Positions 1 through 9,556 of a stretch of DNA of 64,000 nucleotides are shown piece by piece. The notes under the pieces are model-generated. The model was not told the DNA's origin. It searched no databases and worked only from the letters and a program-made list of their open reading frames with translations. How positions within the stretch are numbered: the first letter of the stretch is position 1; every line of letters begins with the position of its first letter. The translations under genes were made by a program, and so were the position numbers. The DNA is from a virus, in IMG/VR virus record IMGVR_UViG_3300040801_004114; one strand, 5' to 3'.

Positions 1-281
1 TCAATGATATACTGTAAAAAAAATTTATTTACTATACTAATTTCGTTATCTGCATAATAGGAACGTGTGTCACTATTTTCGAAGAAACCATTATAACATC
101 CTTTAGGTGGTTCAAAATCAGTGTACTTACCAAATTCGTACACTCTATCACCTAAATCATATACACCTACATGACCATCTTCATCTTCGCCATAATGTCC
201 CAAAAGTTCATCATGAGTCATGCTTTTTATGGTATCATACTTCGTTTTCTCTATTTTTCCTATGTATGTTCTATACCCCAT
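1..281 (-). CDS. Hypothetical protein, 3'-partial (runs off window start)
   Basis: Manual translation from ATG at 281 (MGYRTYIGKIEKTKYD...) stays open to position 1; abuts the stop of 282..635. Confidence 0.6.
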   Translation of the reverse strand, partial: MGYRTYIGKIEKTKYDTIKSMTHDELLGHYGEDEDGHVGVYDLGDRVYEFGKYTDFEPPKGCYNGFFENSDTRSYYADNEISIVNKFFLQYII

Positions 282-635
282 TTAATCTTCTTTATATAGT
301 ATGTTGTAAAATTCATCTTCAAACTTTTCAAAGCCTTTATCTAACCAATAGAAATAAGTATTATGGTGTTTTATCTTACCCACTCTGTCATTGTTATAGT
401 CATGATGTGGTGATAGTCTTATCACTTTTTTATCTAGTAATACTTTTGCTAACTCTTTTTCTTTATCACTTTCAAAGTAAAAATAATTAGAAGTATAATT
501 ATCAGCACAATCAATGGTTTCTATAAACTCTTCATTAGCCATGTGTAGGAATTGATTTATCATTTTAGCTTCAATGACTCTACCATCGCCAAAGTCGAAT
601 GCATCTACTTCAATAATTTTCTTAACCTTTTTCAC
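282..635 (-). CDS. Hypothetical protein
   Basis: 117 aa ORF, GTG start, TATATTTG element at 640-647. Confidence 0.7.
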   Translation of the reverse strand: MKKVKKIIEVDAFDFGDGRVIEAKMINQFLHMANEEFIETIDCADNYTSNYFYFESDKEKELAKVLLDKKVIRLSPHHDYNNDRVGKIKHHNTYFYWLDKGFEKFEDEFYNILYKED

Positions 636-639
636 AAGG

Positions 640-647
640 CAAATATA
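640..647 (-). promoter_or_regulatory. Bacteroidota sigma -7 element TAnnTTTG
   Basis: TATATTTG upstream of 635. Confidence 0.5.
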
Positions 648-687
648 ATAAAAATAATAACATACACCTTAATAAATAGTAATAAAT

Positions 688-954
688 TTAAAAATCTTTA
701 AACCTTAGTATTTTATTATATGATTTACTCTCGGTTACTTTTGTATTTAGATCGGTCATTATATTATCTAATACTCTTTCATTAAGATAGTCATCGTCTA
801 CTGAACCATAAACTTGATCTGGTGTGTCTGAATATCCATCCCTTTCAACATAAAACTCAATCATATTACCTATAGATAATTCACCATAATCACCAATGTA
901 ATCTGATGGATCTTCTAAACAGTAATTTAATAATTCCTCAATATCAATAAACAA
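688..954 (-). CDS. Probable C-terminal segment of the 995..4216 gene, separated by a frameshift
   Basis: No ATG start; its frame is open upstream into the A9 run at 1001-1009 (FIDKNDKKYRFKDKLELFIDIEE...). Confidence 0.6.
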   Translation of the reverse strand: MFIDIEELLNYCLEDPSDYIGDYGELSIGNMIEFYVERDGYSDTPDQVYGSVDDDYLNERVLDNIMTDLNTKVTESKSYNKILRFKDF

Positions 955-994
955 TTCTAATTTATCTTTGAACCTATATTTTTTATCATTCTTG

Positions 995-3900
995 TCAATG
1001 AAAAAAAAATGGAAGGTTGTCTAGTGTTTTATTAAAATACTCTGATGAGTCTGCATCTGCTTGTGCTGAAGATATACCACGTTCTATACTATCTTTTATA
1101 TCCTCACAAACATCATAAGTTTCATCACTTAATATTTGACTTATCGAATTTTTCATTTTTTCATATTCATCTTCATTTTCACTTTCAAATTTATTAAAAA
1201 ACTCTTTTAATAAATTTGGATTTTTCAGGATAATCATGCTCAGCATCAATTTCTTTATACCCCTTTTATAACTTTCTAGTAAATCTCTATACCCAGATAA
1301 CTCGTCACCCTCTTTACTAATAATGTTAGCAATAGTCATGATGGTATCTATGTATAAATTATCATAACCACTATATTGCTGATCCCATCTAAAAGCATCA
1401 GTGTCATAGTAAAAAGGCTCAACGTCATCATTAAAAGGATCACCCTTATACATATTATTTAAATCTGAAAACTCATCCACTTGGTATATAAAGCATTGTA
1501 ATTCACTGTCATATACTTCGTCTATAATGTTAGCATATGCTTCATGGGTCATATTACTTTCTAAAAATTCAACTGATGAAAGGAATTCATGTTTCACCAC
1601 ATCATCTAGTCTTTTAGTTAATTCATAAATACCCAGTAATGATTCATAACTCCCAACATCTCCTATAATATCATCCCAATCTAAATCATCAACCTCTAAA
1701 TTTTTGTTTATAAAATTTGATACATATTCAGAGAATCCATTTCTTTCACTATACTTATCTATCATATGCTCAGATATAACCATTGAGGTATCATGATCTA
1801 ACTTCATGTCAATACTTTCACAATAATTTATAACTTTTTTGTAATTTTCGAAATCTATTTTCATTTCTGAATATACCCTTGTAGGAATTTCTAAAAATTC
1901 AGAACATATTTCTTTAACAGAATGTTTATCAAATGAGTATATTTCTACTAAACCTTTAAAAAGATCATAGTCTAGATTTAAATTGATTAAATTATTAGTA
2001 AGAATTTCTAAAGAGTCTTTAATAAAATCTAAATTATATTCCTTTAAGTCTCTTAAGTTTCTTAATACAATATCATTTTTTGATTCTCTGTGTAATACTT
2101 CGTTTAAATAATATATTAAGAAAGCCCTATGCGAAAACATAGGTATTAAAGTATCTTTACACCATTTGAGAACTTTATTTTTTTCAATCTCTAATATGCT
2201 GTGAACATTCCCATCACTGTCTTTTAAAATGTTTTTCGTTCCAATATTTTTTAATATTTCTTTGACATCATCTTCTCTTTTCTTAAAGTATTCATCACCC
2301 ACACTATTATAATAACTATATAATGATTTGATATCTTTTACAAATATCTTTGGATCAGCACTTTTGTAACTGCTTAAAAAATTTGCTTGCTCACTTGGTT
2401 CAATAAATGTTATAACCAGTGTATGCAAGCTTTGGTAATCAATACTCCCTGTTTCATTAGACTCTAGTATTTTACCACTTTCAATTTCATTGAATAATTT
2501 TTTATACCTTTTTCTAACACTATTGAAATCTTCTGTGGATATGTGTTGTTTTGATATTATGTTTGATAAGTATTTAAAGTCAAAAAGGTTGAATCTAGAG
2601 GTTATAAACCTAAAATACTCTATATCAACACTAAGCAGTTTATCCAATCTTTCAATTATATGTACAAATTTTTCATAGGCTGTACCATCACTCTCTAACT
2701 TTTTCCTAAAGCTTAAAATCAAAGGATACGAAAGATCAGCAAACCTTTTATCCATACTATCTGATATACTTTTCATTAACTTATCTTCTGGTTTAGGGTT
2801 TGATATGTCTATAAATGGTTTGAAAAAAAATTCATATTCTTTAAAAATATCATTATAAAATAAAGTTAGGTCATTGTCTATATTATCAAAATTTTCAAAA
2901 TAATTATATACAAATTTGCTGTCTTTAATGTGGTCTAAGATATTGCTTACTATTGTTTTAAAATATTCTTTAGGAATTTCTTTTTTATACAGCTTTTTTA
3001 TTTCTTCTAGACAATTTTCAAGATTTTCATACTTTTTGTTTCCCTTTATGAGTGTTTTTGTTGATCCGTCTAAATCTTCGGCTATTAAATTCCTTATATC
3101 GGGATTATCTATTTTTAATATTTCATCTAGTAATTCTTCGATAGATACAATATTATCTATCTTTTTTTGTATTTTTTCCCTTGCAGATTGATAATCTTCT
3201 TTGGTCTGTGCTTTTTTAGTCCCAAAGGCTTCTATTGGAATACCTGTCTTTTCAGATATTCCTTTTAGTGATATCGGATTATTATCATTATCTTGATGTC
3301 CACCATATAATGGTTTTCCATCTACATCAACTGTTACCCCAAACTTACTATACCTGTTAGTTGATGGTAAATTAAAGTTGAAAACCATATACTGTGTGTT
3401 GAAAGTTTTATAAGAGCAGTACTGTGTAAAATAACTATCTGAATACTGAATACACCAAGATGTAGAACCCAGTTCTTTTATTGCTGGTTTATATTCAGTT
3501 TGTACCATAAGAACATCATCTTTATCATACTCAATATTTATTTCATCAGAGTATTTTTGTATTATTTTATTAACATCTTCCCTCGAAGATCCACTTACGA
3601 GATAAGATTCTAAATCGGATAAGAATTCTACTACACTAACATCATTTACTTTAAAGTATTTAATTTTTCTTGTGTACTTTTTTCTCTTATCCTTTGATAA
3701 TTTACCGTATGATATAGCTAAATCCTTTACTTTTTCTTCATTCTCTGAAATATATCTACTATCATCTAATCCAAGATATTTAACCATTTCCCAAAAATGT
3801 TTAGAATTAATTTCTTCTATGGTTTTTGTTATATCATCATTCAGTTTTTCAAAAGATTCATACTGTAGTATGTTTTTTGGCAATTGCTTTATAGTTGGTT

Positions 3901-4216
3901 TGTTTTTCTTCAACCATCCAATAAAGCTCTCTATAGAATCAGTTCTATTTTCTTCCTCACTGGTTCTTTTAAGTGGTACATTCTGCTCAGTGGCAAACTT
4001 AAAAAAGTTAAATACTAGGTTTGGTGATTTTTTTAGAATAGCTTTTAATTCTTCTAATATTTCATAAGCCTTATCTTTATTATAAGTATCATTATCAGAA
4101 GCTTCTTTCTCTATGTAAGTTTTAGTTTGTTTGACATTTTCTAATAATTTAATCGTATTTAGATCTGATAGGTATTTAAGGTTTGGATTCCCTATATTAT
4201 ATGATATTTTTCCCAT
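995..4216 (-). CDS. Large hypothetical, probably virion-associated protein with a PcfJ-like WCI segment
   Basis: 1073 aa; LGSTSWCIQYSDSYFTQY...QYMVFNF...KFGVTV segment; late-type motif at 4234-4244; ends at a homopolymer. Confidence 0.75.
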   Translation of the reverse strand: MGKISYNIGNPNLKYLSDLNTIKLLENVKQTKTYIEKEASDNDTYNKDKAYEILEELKAILKKSPNLVFNFFKFATEQNVPLKRTSEEENRTDSIESFIGWLKKNKPTIKQLPKNILQYESFEKLNDDITKTIEEINSKHFWEMVKYLGLDDSRYISENEEKVKDLAISYGKLSKDKRKKYTRKIKYFKVNDVSVVEFLSDLESYLVSGSSREDVNKIIQKYSDEINIEYDKDDVLMVQTEYKPAIKELGSTSWCIQYSDSYFTQYCSYKTFNTQYMVFNFNLPSTNRYSKFGVTVDVDGKPLYGGHQDNDNNPISLKGISEKTGIPIEAFGTKKAQTKEDYQSAREKIQKKIDNIVSIEELLDEILKIDNPDIRNLIAEDLDGSTKTLIKGNKKYENLENCLEEIKKLYKKEIPKEYFKTIVSNILDHIKDSKFVYNYFENFDNIDNDLTLFYNDIFKEYEFFFKPFIDISNPKPEDKLMKSISDSMDKRFADLSYPLILSFRKKLESDGTAYEKFVHIIERLDKLLSVDIEYFRFITSRFNLFDFKYLSNIISKQHISTEDFNSVRKRYKKLFNEIESGKILESNETGSIDYQSLHTLVITFIEPSEQANFLSSYKSADPKIFVKDIKSLYSYYNSVGDEYFKKREDDVKEILKNIGTKNILKDSDGNVHSILEIEKNKVLKWCKDTLIPMFSHRAFLIYYLNEVLHRESKNDIVLRNLRDLKEYNLDFIKDSLEILTNNLINLNLDYDLFKGLVEIYSFDKHSVKEICSEFLEIPTRVYSEMKIDFENYKKVINYCESIDMKLDHDTSMVISEHMIDKYSERNGFSEYVSNFINKNLEVDDLDWDDIIGDVGSYESLLGIYELTKRLDDVVKHEFLSSVEFLESNMTHEAYANIIDEVYDSELQCFIYQVDEFSDLNNMYKGDPFNDDVEPFYYDTDAFRWDQQYSGYDNLYIDTIMTIANIISKEGDELSGYRDLLESYKRGIKKLMLSMIILKNPNLLKEFFNKFESENEDEYEKMKNSISQILSDETYDVCEDIKDSIERGISSAQADADSSEYFNKTLDNLPFFFH

Positions 4217-4233
4217 TTAAAACAACTTTTATT

Positions 4234-4244
4234 GTATATATTAA
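4234..4244 (-). promoter_or_regulatory. Putative phage late promoter TTAATATATA(C)
   Basis: Upstream of 4216. Confidence 0.55.
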
Positions 4245-4261
4245 AAGAGACATCTACATTA

Positions 4262-4486
4262 TCATGTTTTTAATTTAGCCATATAGAAGTAATCAGACGA
4301 GCTTATAAATTCATCATTCGATAGAACACCTATGAAGGTAAGGGATTTTATTGGTAAGTTTTTTATGACTCCACTTGATAGATCTATAAATGAACCCCAT
4401 TGGTCGAAACCTTTCTTATTCGGGAATATGTTAATAAGTGAGTATCTTAAGCTTTTATTCTCAATGTGTGTAAAAATTTTATCCAT
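4262..4486 (-). CDS. Hypothetical protein
   Basis: 74 aa ORF with ATG and A-rich leader. Confidence 0.5.
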   Translation of the reverse strand: MDKIFTHIENKSLRYSLINIFPNKKGFDQWGSFIDLSSGVIKNLPIKSLTFIGVLSNDEFISSSDYFYMAKLKT

Positions 4487-4515
4487 TTATATCTTTTCTA
4501 ATTTATAATTCACTT

Positions 4516-4526
4516 TTAATATATAC
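4516..4526 (+). promoter_or_regulatory. Putative phage late promoter TTAATATATA(C)
   Basis: Upstream of 4544. Confidence 0.55.
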
Positions 4527-4543
4527 AAGAAACAAATACTATT

Positions 4544-5086
4544 ATGAACAAAAAAATAATCTATGTAATAATAATACTTTTGCTTGTAATTGGGTTAATT
4601 ATTTATTTAAACCCTATTAATTATACTAATAATTTAAAAAATGTTGAGCTTGAAAAAACCAATAAAGTATATAACAGAACTAATGTAAAATCATTAGATA
4701 CTATTTATAAAAAAGGTTTTGAAATTATAGGAATAAAAGATAAAACGTTTATAATAGTTGAAATAGACAATAAGCAATTATCTGTTTTTGGTGATGAGAT
4801 AGACTTAAAGGGTACTGTCATAGACAAAGGTAATTACTATCTTATAAAAACTAAGCTAGGTAGTAATAAAGAGATGATAGATATTGCATCACACGAACTT
4901 ATACATGTTAAGCAAATGGTAAACGGATATTTTTCATACAGTGAATATGGTGTTTATTATAAAGATGAATATTATGAGTTCCCACTGGAAGGAAGTTATA
5001 GAAATGTCCCATGGGAGGTAGAAGCCTATGAAGAAGCACCCAAATTACTTACAAAAATGAAAGATAGTTTACTACAAAAAAAATAA
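4544..5086 (+). CDS. Membrane-anchored zincin-like metallopeptidase
   Basis: N-terminal hydrophobic helix; HELIH (HExxH) followed by PWEVEAY. Confidence 0.7.
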   Translation: MNKKIIYVIIILLLVIGLIIYLNPINYTNNLKNVELEKTNKVYNRTNVKSLDTIYKKGFEIIGIKDKTFIIVEIDNKQLSVFGDEIDLKGTVIDKGNYYLIKTKLGSNKEMIDIASHELIHVKQMVNGYFSYSEYGVYYKDEYYEFPLEGSYRNVPWEVEAYEEAPKLLTKMKDSLLQKK

Positions 5087-5091
5087 TTAAA

Positions 5092-5577
5092 ATGAAAATA
5101 CAAACTAAATACAAGCAATTTATAAAAGAAAACAAACTAGTTAATGATATTCTAGATAAGATAAGTGATAAAGGGATGGATAGCCTATCTGGATATGAAA
5201 AAAGAGTCTTGTATAGAAATTCTAATGATAAATTAGATGTAGATAATAGAGAAGAAGATATAAAAAACCAAATAGAAGCCGAACTAGATCTTAAAGACCT
5301 AGACCATTACACAAGAAAAGGAATAGGTGATATAGAAAAGATAGGTTTTGTTATGTTAGATTCTAAATCTGAAATTGTTTTTGACTTAGAAATAAGTTCT
5401 GGTGGTAGAGCATCTGAAATATTATACATTTATAATGATACTTACAGTAAGCTTAAATCATTATTAGATCTTACTGATGAGAAATTAAATAAATATTTAA
5501 AAGAATACCTCAACAAGAAATTCAAACAGTTTAATTTCAATAAAGTTAATATAAGAATGATGTTTAAGTCAATCTAA
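5092..5577 (+). CDS. Hypothetical protein with capsid-targeting-like N-terminus
   Basis: MKIQTKYKQFIKE N-terminus; 161 aa. Confidence 0.7.
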   Translation: MKIQTKYKQFIKENKLVNDILDKISDKGMDSLSGYEKRVLYRNSNDKLDVDNREEDIKNQIEAELDLKDLDHYTRKGIGDIEKIGFVMLDSKSEIVFDLEISSGGRASEILYIYNDTYSKLKSLLDLTDEKLNKYLKEYLNKKFKQFNFNKVNIRMMFKSI

Positions 5578-6317
5578 ACATTGAGTCTTTCCTTTATGAC
5601 ATTAACCCATTTTTCTTCTTTCTCTATAAGAATACAATTTCTGTTTATACCTTGACATACTTTTCCAGTAGTGCCACTCCCTGCACAAAAATCCCCCACA
5701 ATATCTCCCTCATTTGTATAAGTCTCTAAAAAATATTTAACCAAAGATTCTGGCTTCTGTGTAGGATGTAGAGAATTTTTTTGTTTATCCGAAGCGAATT
5801 TTAAAACAGTTCTGGGATATCTTTCTGTGCTATCATATCCTGTTAAATTATCAACACTCTCTTTGTTGTATATGTAATCTTCTCTTTGGTTACCTCTATC
5901 TACGCATTTGGCTTTACTTTCTTTAGAAGCTACTTTTCTTTTATGACCATATGTTTTCTGCGGATTGTATGTGGGTAGTTTTTTATAAAATATCATAACA
6001 TTCTCATGTGCTTTCATGGGCATCTTTTTCGCATTAAGATGTCCCGTTGCGCTTGTCTTTTCCCAAATCCATTCATACTTTAAATGTTTAAGTTGGGAAC
6101 TACCAAGGATTATATTAAAGGGAACTTGTGCTGTGCATATAACAACACCATTAGGTTTTAACAACTTCCAAGCATTTTCCCAAAATATTTCAAGGTTAAT
6201 TGGTGTGTCCCATTTAGCCCTTGTTGTGCCATATGGGAAGTCTATAAAAATAGCATCTAAAGTAACACCTAACTTAGGCATTTCTTCTTCTAATAAACCA
6301 TTTATTACTTTTATCAT
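5574..6317 (-). CDS. Orphan N6-adenine/N4-cytosine DNA methyltransferase (beta class)
   Basis: Catalytic DFPY near N-terminus, WIWEK, HPTQKP, and SAM-binding DFCAGSGTT near C-terminus. Confidence 0.92.
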   Translation of the reverse strand: MIKVINGLLEEEMPKLGVTLDAIFIDFPYGTTRAKWDTPINLEIFWENAWKLLKPNGVVICTAQVPFNIILGSSQLKHLKYEWIWEKTSATGHLNAKKMPMKAHENVMIFYKKLPTYNPQKTYGHKRKVASKESKAKCVDRGNQREDYIYNKESVDNLTGYDSTERYPRTVLKFASDKQKNSLHPTQKPESLVKYFLETYTNEGDIVGDFCAGSGTTGKVCQGINRNCILIEKEEKWVNVIKERLNV

Positions 6318-6357
6318 AAAAAATTTATTTATTATACGTCAATGTCTATATTTTGTT

Positions 6358-6365
6358 TATATTTG
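6358..6365 (+). promoter_or_regulatory. Bacteroidota sigma -7 element TAnnTTTG
   Basis: TATATTTG upstream of 6379. Confidence 0.6.
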
Positions 6366-6378
6366 CTAAAAAATAATT

Positions 6379-6777
6379 ATGAAAGAGTTAGATGTATTCT
6401 TAACAAAAGTATTATCAGATAAATATGCAGATTTAGATGATACATTCGAAAGAAGAGACTATTTCGAGTTAGAAAAAGAAAATCCAGATTTTTTAAAAGG
6501 AACGAGCGATTCGTATGGAATATCTTATTTAATAGATGTTGGTGATGTCATTCACATAAAAGTTAACCTTTATAAAGATCTAAGTGTTTCCTTAGAAACT
6601 GTTTATGATAATTCTGATATCATCAGAAAAACGATTTTTACTAATATTGAAACACATATAAACGAATTCATAAGGTTAAATGATATATTTATATCTTTGG
6701 AAAGACAGGTTGATAGCTTCATTACTGAGGATAAAAACTACATGAGAAGATTAAAGATTGATCAGATACAAGGTTAG
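6379..6777 (+). CDS. Hypothetical protein (C-terminal RxxK tail)
   Basis: 132 aa, ends RRLKIDQIQG; TATATTTG at 6358. Confidence 0.7.
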   Translation: MKELDVFLTKVLSDKYADLDDTFERRDYFELEKENPDFLKGTSDSYGISYLIDVGDVIHIKVNLYKDLSVSLETVYDNSDIIRKTIFTNIETHINEFIRLNDIFISLERQVDSFITEDKNYMRRLKIDQIQG

Positions 6778-7031
6778 TAATTATTTCTTATATTTTCTAA
6801 CCTTTTGAATTCCTCATCCCATTGTTCTAGTGTTAAACCGTTGATGCTTATGTTATTAAGCTTATCTCTACCATCACCATCCCAATAAATTGATAAATCT
6901 CTTGTGCTACCCATTTCTCCAAGAGAATGCATTTCTAACATTAGCTTTATTAACTTCTCAACTGAATCCTCTGAACATGTAAATGAAATGTTATTTTCAC
7001 AGTCCATTTTAGGTGTCTCGTATTTTTTCAT
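6774..7031 (-). CDS. Hypothetical phage protein
   Basis: 85 aa, LGEMGSTR...WDGDG motif. Confidence 0.65.
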   Translation of the reverse strand: MKKYETPKMDCENNISFTCSEDSVEKLIKLMLEMHSLGEMGSTRDLSIYWDGDGRDKLNNISINGLTLEQWDEEFKRLENIRNNY

Positions 7032-7038
7032 AAGTGTT

Positions 7039-7197
7039 TTATTTTTTTAAATTAGACTTTAATTTATGGTAATCTTCACAAGCATTTAACAACGCATCGT
7101 AATAGTAATCTATTATCCCATCATCATTCACACCACAAATATTAGCTGTCGTTCTTCTTAGTTCCTTTTTAAATTCTTTTAAGTCTTTATATATCAT
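7039..7197 (-). CDS. Small hypothetical protein (52 aa, below ORF-track cutoff)
   Basis: Manual translation MIYKDLKEFKKELRR...KSNLKK; fills the gap in the minus-strand operon. Confidence 0.55.
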   Translation of the reverse strand: MIYKDLKEFKKELRRTTANICGVNDDGIIDYYYDALLNACEDYHKLKSNLKK

Positions 7198-7226
7198 ACA
7201 CGTTATATGATAATAAAAATAAAAGT

Positions 7227-7406
7227 TTATTCATGGATCACCCAATAACCACCTGATAGTTCATATACTTTGTTTTCGTAGAATAAAAAGGGGAATTTTC
7301 TATTCAAAGTCCATTCACGCCTAAAATAAATATCACCTTCCTTACCTAATATTTTATCGCCCTCTTTGTTAATAAATTTAAATTTATTTTTTTTAAACCT
7401 TTTCAT
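7227..7406 (-). CDS. Small hypothetical protein (59 aa)
   Basis: Manual translation MKRFKKNKFKF...GGYWVIHE; TATTTTTG at 7421-7428 upstream. Confidence 0.55.
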   Translation of the reverse strand: MKRFKKNKFKFINKEGDKILGKEGDIYFRREWTLNRKFPFLFYENKVYELSGGYWVIHE

Positions 7407-7477
7407 ATTATTTTTTTTTGCAAAAATAGTAAATTAATAATAAATTAATGTATATTTGCCTTTTAAATTTAAAAATT

Positions 7478-7687
7478 ATGATGTATACTATTAAAGATAA
7501 AGATGGATTTTTTGTATCAAGAGACAATGATGACAGTAAAAAATTATTCTATGGGGATTTAGACCACAATAGGCTACTCTCTAAATCTGAAGTGGGTGTT
7601 ATCCAAGAAAGGTTCAAAGGAACTTGGAGAAGACGAGAATTTAAAGTATATGAGGTAAATCTAACTTTAACAGAAGCAAGCCTGTAA
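7478..7687 (+). CDS. Hypothetical protein
   Basis: ORF 7448..7687; start moved to ATG 7478 because 7451-7458 is a promoter-like element. Confidence 0.6.
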   Translation: MMYTIKDKDGFFVSRDNDDSKKLFYGDLDHNRLLSKSEVGVIQERFKGTWRRREFKVYEVNLTLTEASL

Positions 7688-7690
7688 TTA

Positions 7691-8821
7691 CTATACTTTT
7701 TTCTTGAAATCTTCTATGAATTCATCAACGCCTATGTTGTTATAAAATGCTTTGTATATATCAAATTCATTAAGCCAAAGAGACAATGGGGTTTTACTAT
7801 CAATGTTATTTACTCTTTTGTGTATTTCTTTACTGAAATCTAAGTATTTTTCTCTATCTTTAAAGCTTTCGAATTTGTGTCCAATTGGAAACTCATATGA
7901 AATTATTTCAACAGTTTTAGAGGGATCAAATATACAATATGTTTTCTCTTTATTTTCTAAAGCAACATATCCATCATAACCCATTTTTTTAATAGATTCA
8001 TAAACAATTTCGTTTTCATAGAATCTCCATGTGTCATCTAATTTTATTTTGGTTGAATCTAATACAAATTTTTTTCCATATTTTTTTTCTAACTTATCAT
8101 CAATTGCACTAGATTCTATTTCAGACTCTATTTTTTTAAATTCTTCTACCTCATCTTTTGAGGGTACACCCATTTTATTACCACCTCTCATTAGACTATC
8201 TAAAAAATAAAGGTAGTGTTCGGTATTTGAATATCTATCACCTTTAATTCTTCTACCAAAGGTATCAACTAATTCGGTTATCCTTGGGTCTTCATTCATT
8301 TTTGAATTAATTTCTCTATTCAAGTTATCTTGATTCAGAACAATGGCGTGTTTATCTGTTTTTCTAACAATAACAAATGTATCTCTAGCATATGATGGAT
8401 CAGGAAAAGTATCTCCTATTTCCATATCCTTTATACCATCGATAGGTTCTATAATATCATATCCTTTCATATTCATTATAAATTCATCTTTATCAACCTT
8501 AGCATTAAACCCGAAGTTATTATATGTGTACTCTATCTCACTAGGTAGTGCTTCGTATAGTTTATCTAACTCTTTTTCGTTTTCTATATCAAATATATCA
8601 CCTAGTACTTTAACAGTGTAAATGTTTGTTTGGGAATCCATAGCAGCATCCATGGATTTTTGATTTGAGTAGTTTTCTGCAAATTCTCTATTTGTAGAAA
8701 AAAAGGTAGCCTTGGGAAAGAAATTCTCAAAGATATAAGGACTCCCATGATATAATACTTTGTCTATTTTAGATTCCTTGATAAAGTTATAATAAGATGT
8801 TTGTAAATATGTGTTTTTCAT
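7691..8821 (-). CDS. ADP-ribosyltransferase-like (ART-PolyVal-like) protein with capsid-targeting-like N-terminus
   Basis: LYHGS...FFST...FAENY at N-terminus and GYDGYVALE...YCIFDP near C-terminus, split by a long insertion; N-terminus MKNTYLQTSYYNFIKE. Confidence 0.6.
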   Translation of the reverse strand: MKNTYLQTSYYNFIKESKIDKVLYHGSPYIFENFFPKATFFSTNREFAENYSNQKSMDAAMDSQTNIYTVKVLGDIFDIENEKELDKLYEALPSEIEYTYNNFGFNAKVDKDEFIMNMKGYDIIEPIDGIKDMEIGDTFPDPSYARDTFVIVRKTDKHAIVLNQDNLNREINSKMNEDPRITELVDTFGRRIKGDRYSNTEHYLYFLDSLMRGGNKMGVPSKDEVEEFKKIESEIESSAIDDKLEKKYGKKFVLDSTKIKLDDTWRFYENEIVYESIKKMGYDGYVALENKEKTYCIFDPSKTVEIISYEFPIGHKFESFKDREKYLDFSKEIHKRVNNIDSKTPLSLWLNEFDIYKAFYNNIGVDEFIEDFKKKV

Positions 8822-8824
8822 ATT

Positions 8825-8835
8825 GTATATATTAA
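8825..8835 (-). promoter_or_regulatory. Putative phage late promoter TTAATATATA(C)
   Basis: 3 nt upstream of ATG 8821. Confidence 0.6.
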
Positions 8836-8845
8836 ATATATTCCT

Positions 8846-8853
8846 TATATTTG
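8846..8853 (+). promoter_or_regulatory. Bacteroidota sigma -7 element TAnnTTTG
   Basis: TATATTTG upstream of 8869. Confidence 0.6.
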
Positions 8854-8868
8854 CCTAAAACAAAGACA

Positions 8869-9114
8869 ATGGCTTTATTATATACAAGAGCAAAAGTAAT
8901 TAGAAGAATTGAAAGGCTTGTTAAGTCTTGTCCTTTTAAGGCTAAATATATAAATGTCTCTACTGACATGACTTATTTATTGGAAGAGATAAGGCTATGT
9001 GATAATCCTAGATTTGAAATAAAAATAGAAGATGGGATTTATAAAGCTTTTTATAAGAACATACCTATTGTCAAAAGAAAAGGTAAAAGTCAAATTTACT
9101 TAACTAATTTTTAA
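8869..9114 (+). CDS. Hypothetical protein
   Basis: ORF 8851..9114; ATG at 8869 lies downstream of TATATTTG 8846-8853. Confidence 0.6.
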   Translation: MALLYTRAKVIRRIERLVKSCPFKAKYINVSTDMTYLLEEIRLCDNPRFEIKIEDGIYKAFYKNIPIVKRKGKSQIYLTNF

Positions 9115-9123
9115 AATTAAATT

Positions 9124-9546
9124 ATGCCTATATTAAATTACACAACCCAAATTAAATACGAAAAGACCATTATGGAGATTCAAAAGGTCTTAGTAGATAG
9201 AGGTGCTACAAAAATAGTTACTGATTATGATAATGGGATGCCAGTAGGTTTAACTTTTGGTATTGAAGTAGAGGGTAAAATGCTAGCCTTTTCATTACCT
9301 GCGAATTATAGTGGTGTTTTAAGAGCCATGAAAAGGGATAAAAAAGTTCCTAAGTCTAAGCTAACCGAAGAACAAGCCCTTAGAGTTTCGTGGAGAATAA
9401 TCAAAGATTGGGTTGAAGCACAAATGGCTATTGTTGAAGCTGATTTAGCGAATTTAGATGAAGTATTTTTACCATATTCTATTACTAGAAACGGCAATAG
9501 GCTTTATGATGAGGTAAAGGGATCTAATATGTTACTCGATAGTTAA
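9124..9546 (+). CDS. Hypothetical phage protein
   Basis: 140 aa; MPILNYTT...ALRVSWRIIKDWVEAQ...EVFLPY, a pattern I associate with phage proteins. Confidence 0.75.
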   Translation: MPILNYTTQIKYEKTIMEIQKVLVDRGATKIVTDYDNGMPVGLTFGIEVEGKMLAFSLPANYSGVLRAMKRDKKVPKSKLTEEQALRVSWRIIKDWVEAQMAIVEADLANLDEVFLPYSITRNGNRLYDEVKGSNMLLDS

Positions 9547-9553
9547 TATATAC
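9543..9553 (+). promoter_or_regulatory. Putative phage late promoter TTAATATATA(C)
   Basis: 3 nt upstream of ATG 9557. Confidence 0.6.
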
Positions 9554-9556
9554 TAT

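Noticed and set aside
995-997. TGA read-through explaining the split large gene
   Set aside because: In-frame read-through meets TGA TAA within three codons. Only a frameshift at the A9 run joins the two ORFs.
5574-6317. DFPY instead of DPPY as a sign of an inactive methyltransferase, or part of an RM system
   Set aside because: D-[LF]-P-Y variants occur in this MTase group and the other motifs are intact. There is no adjacent endonuclease, so it is treated as an orphan.
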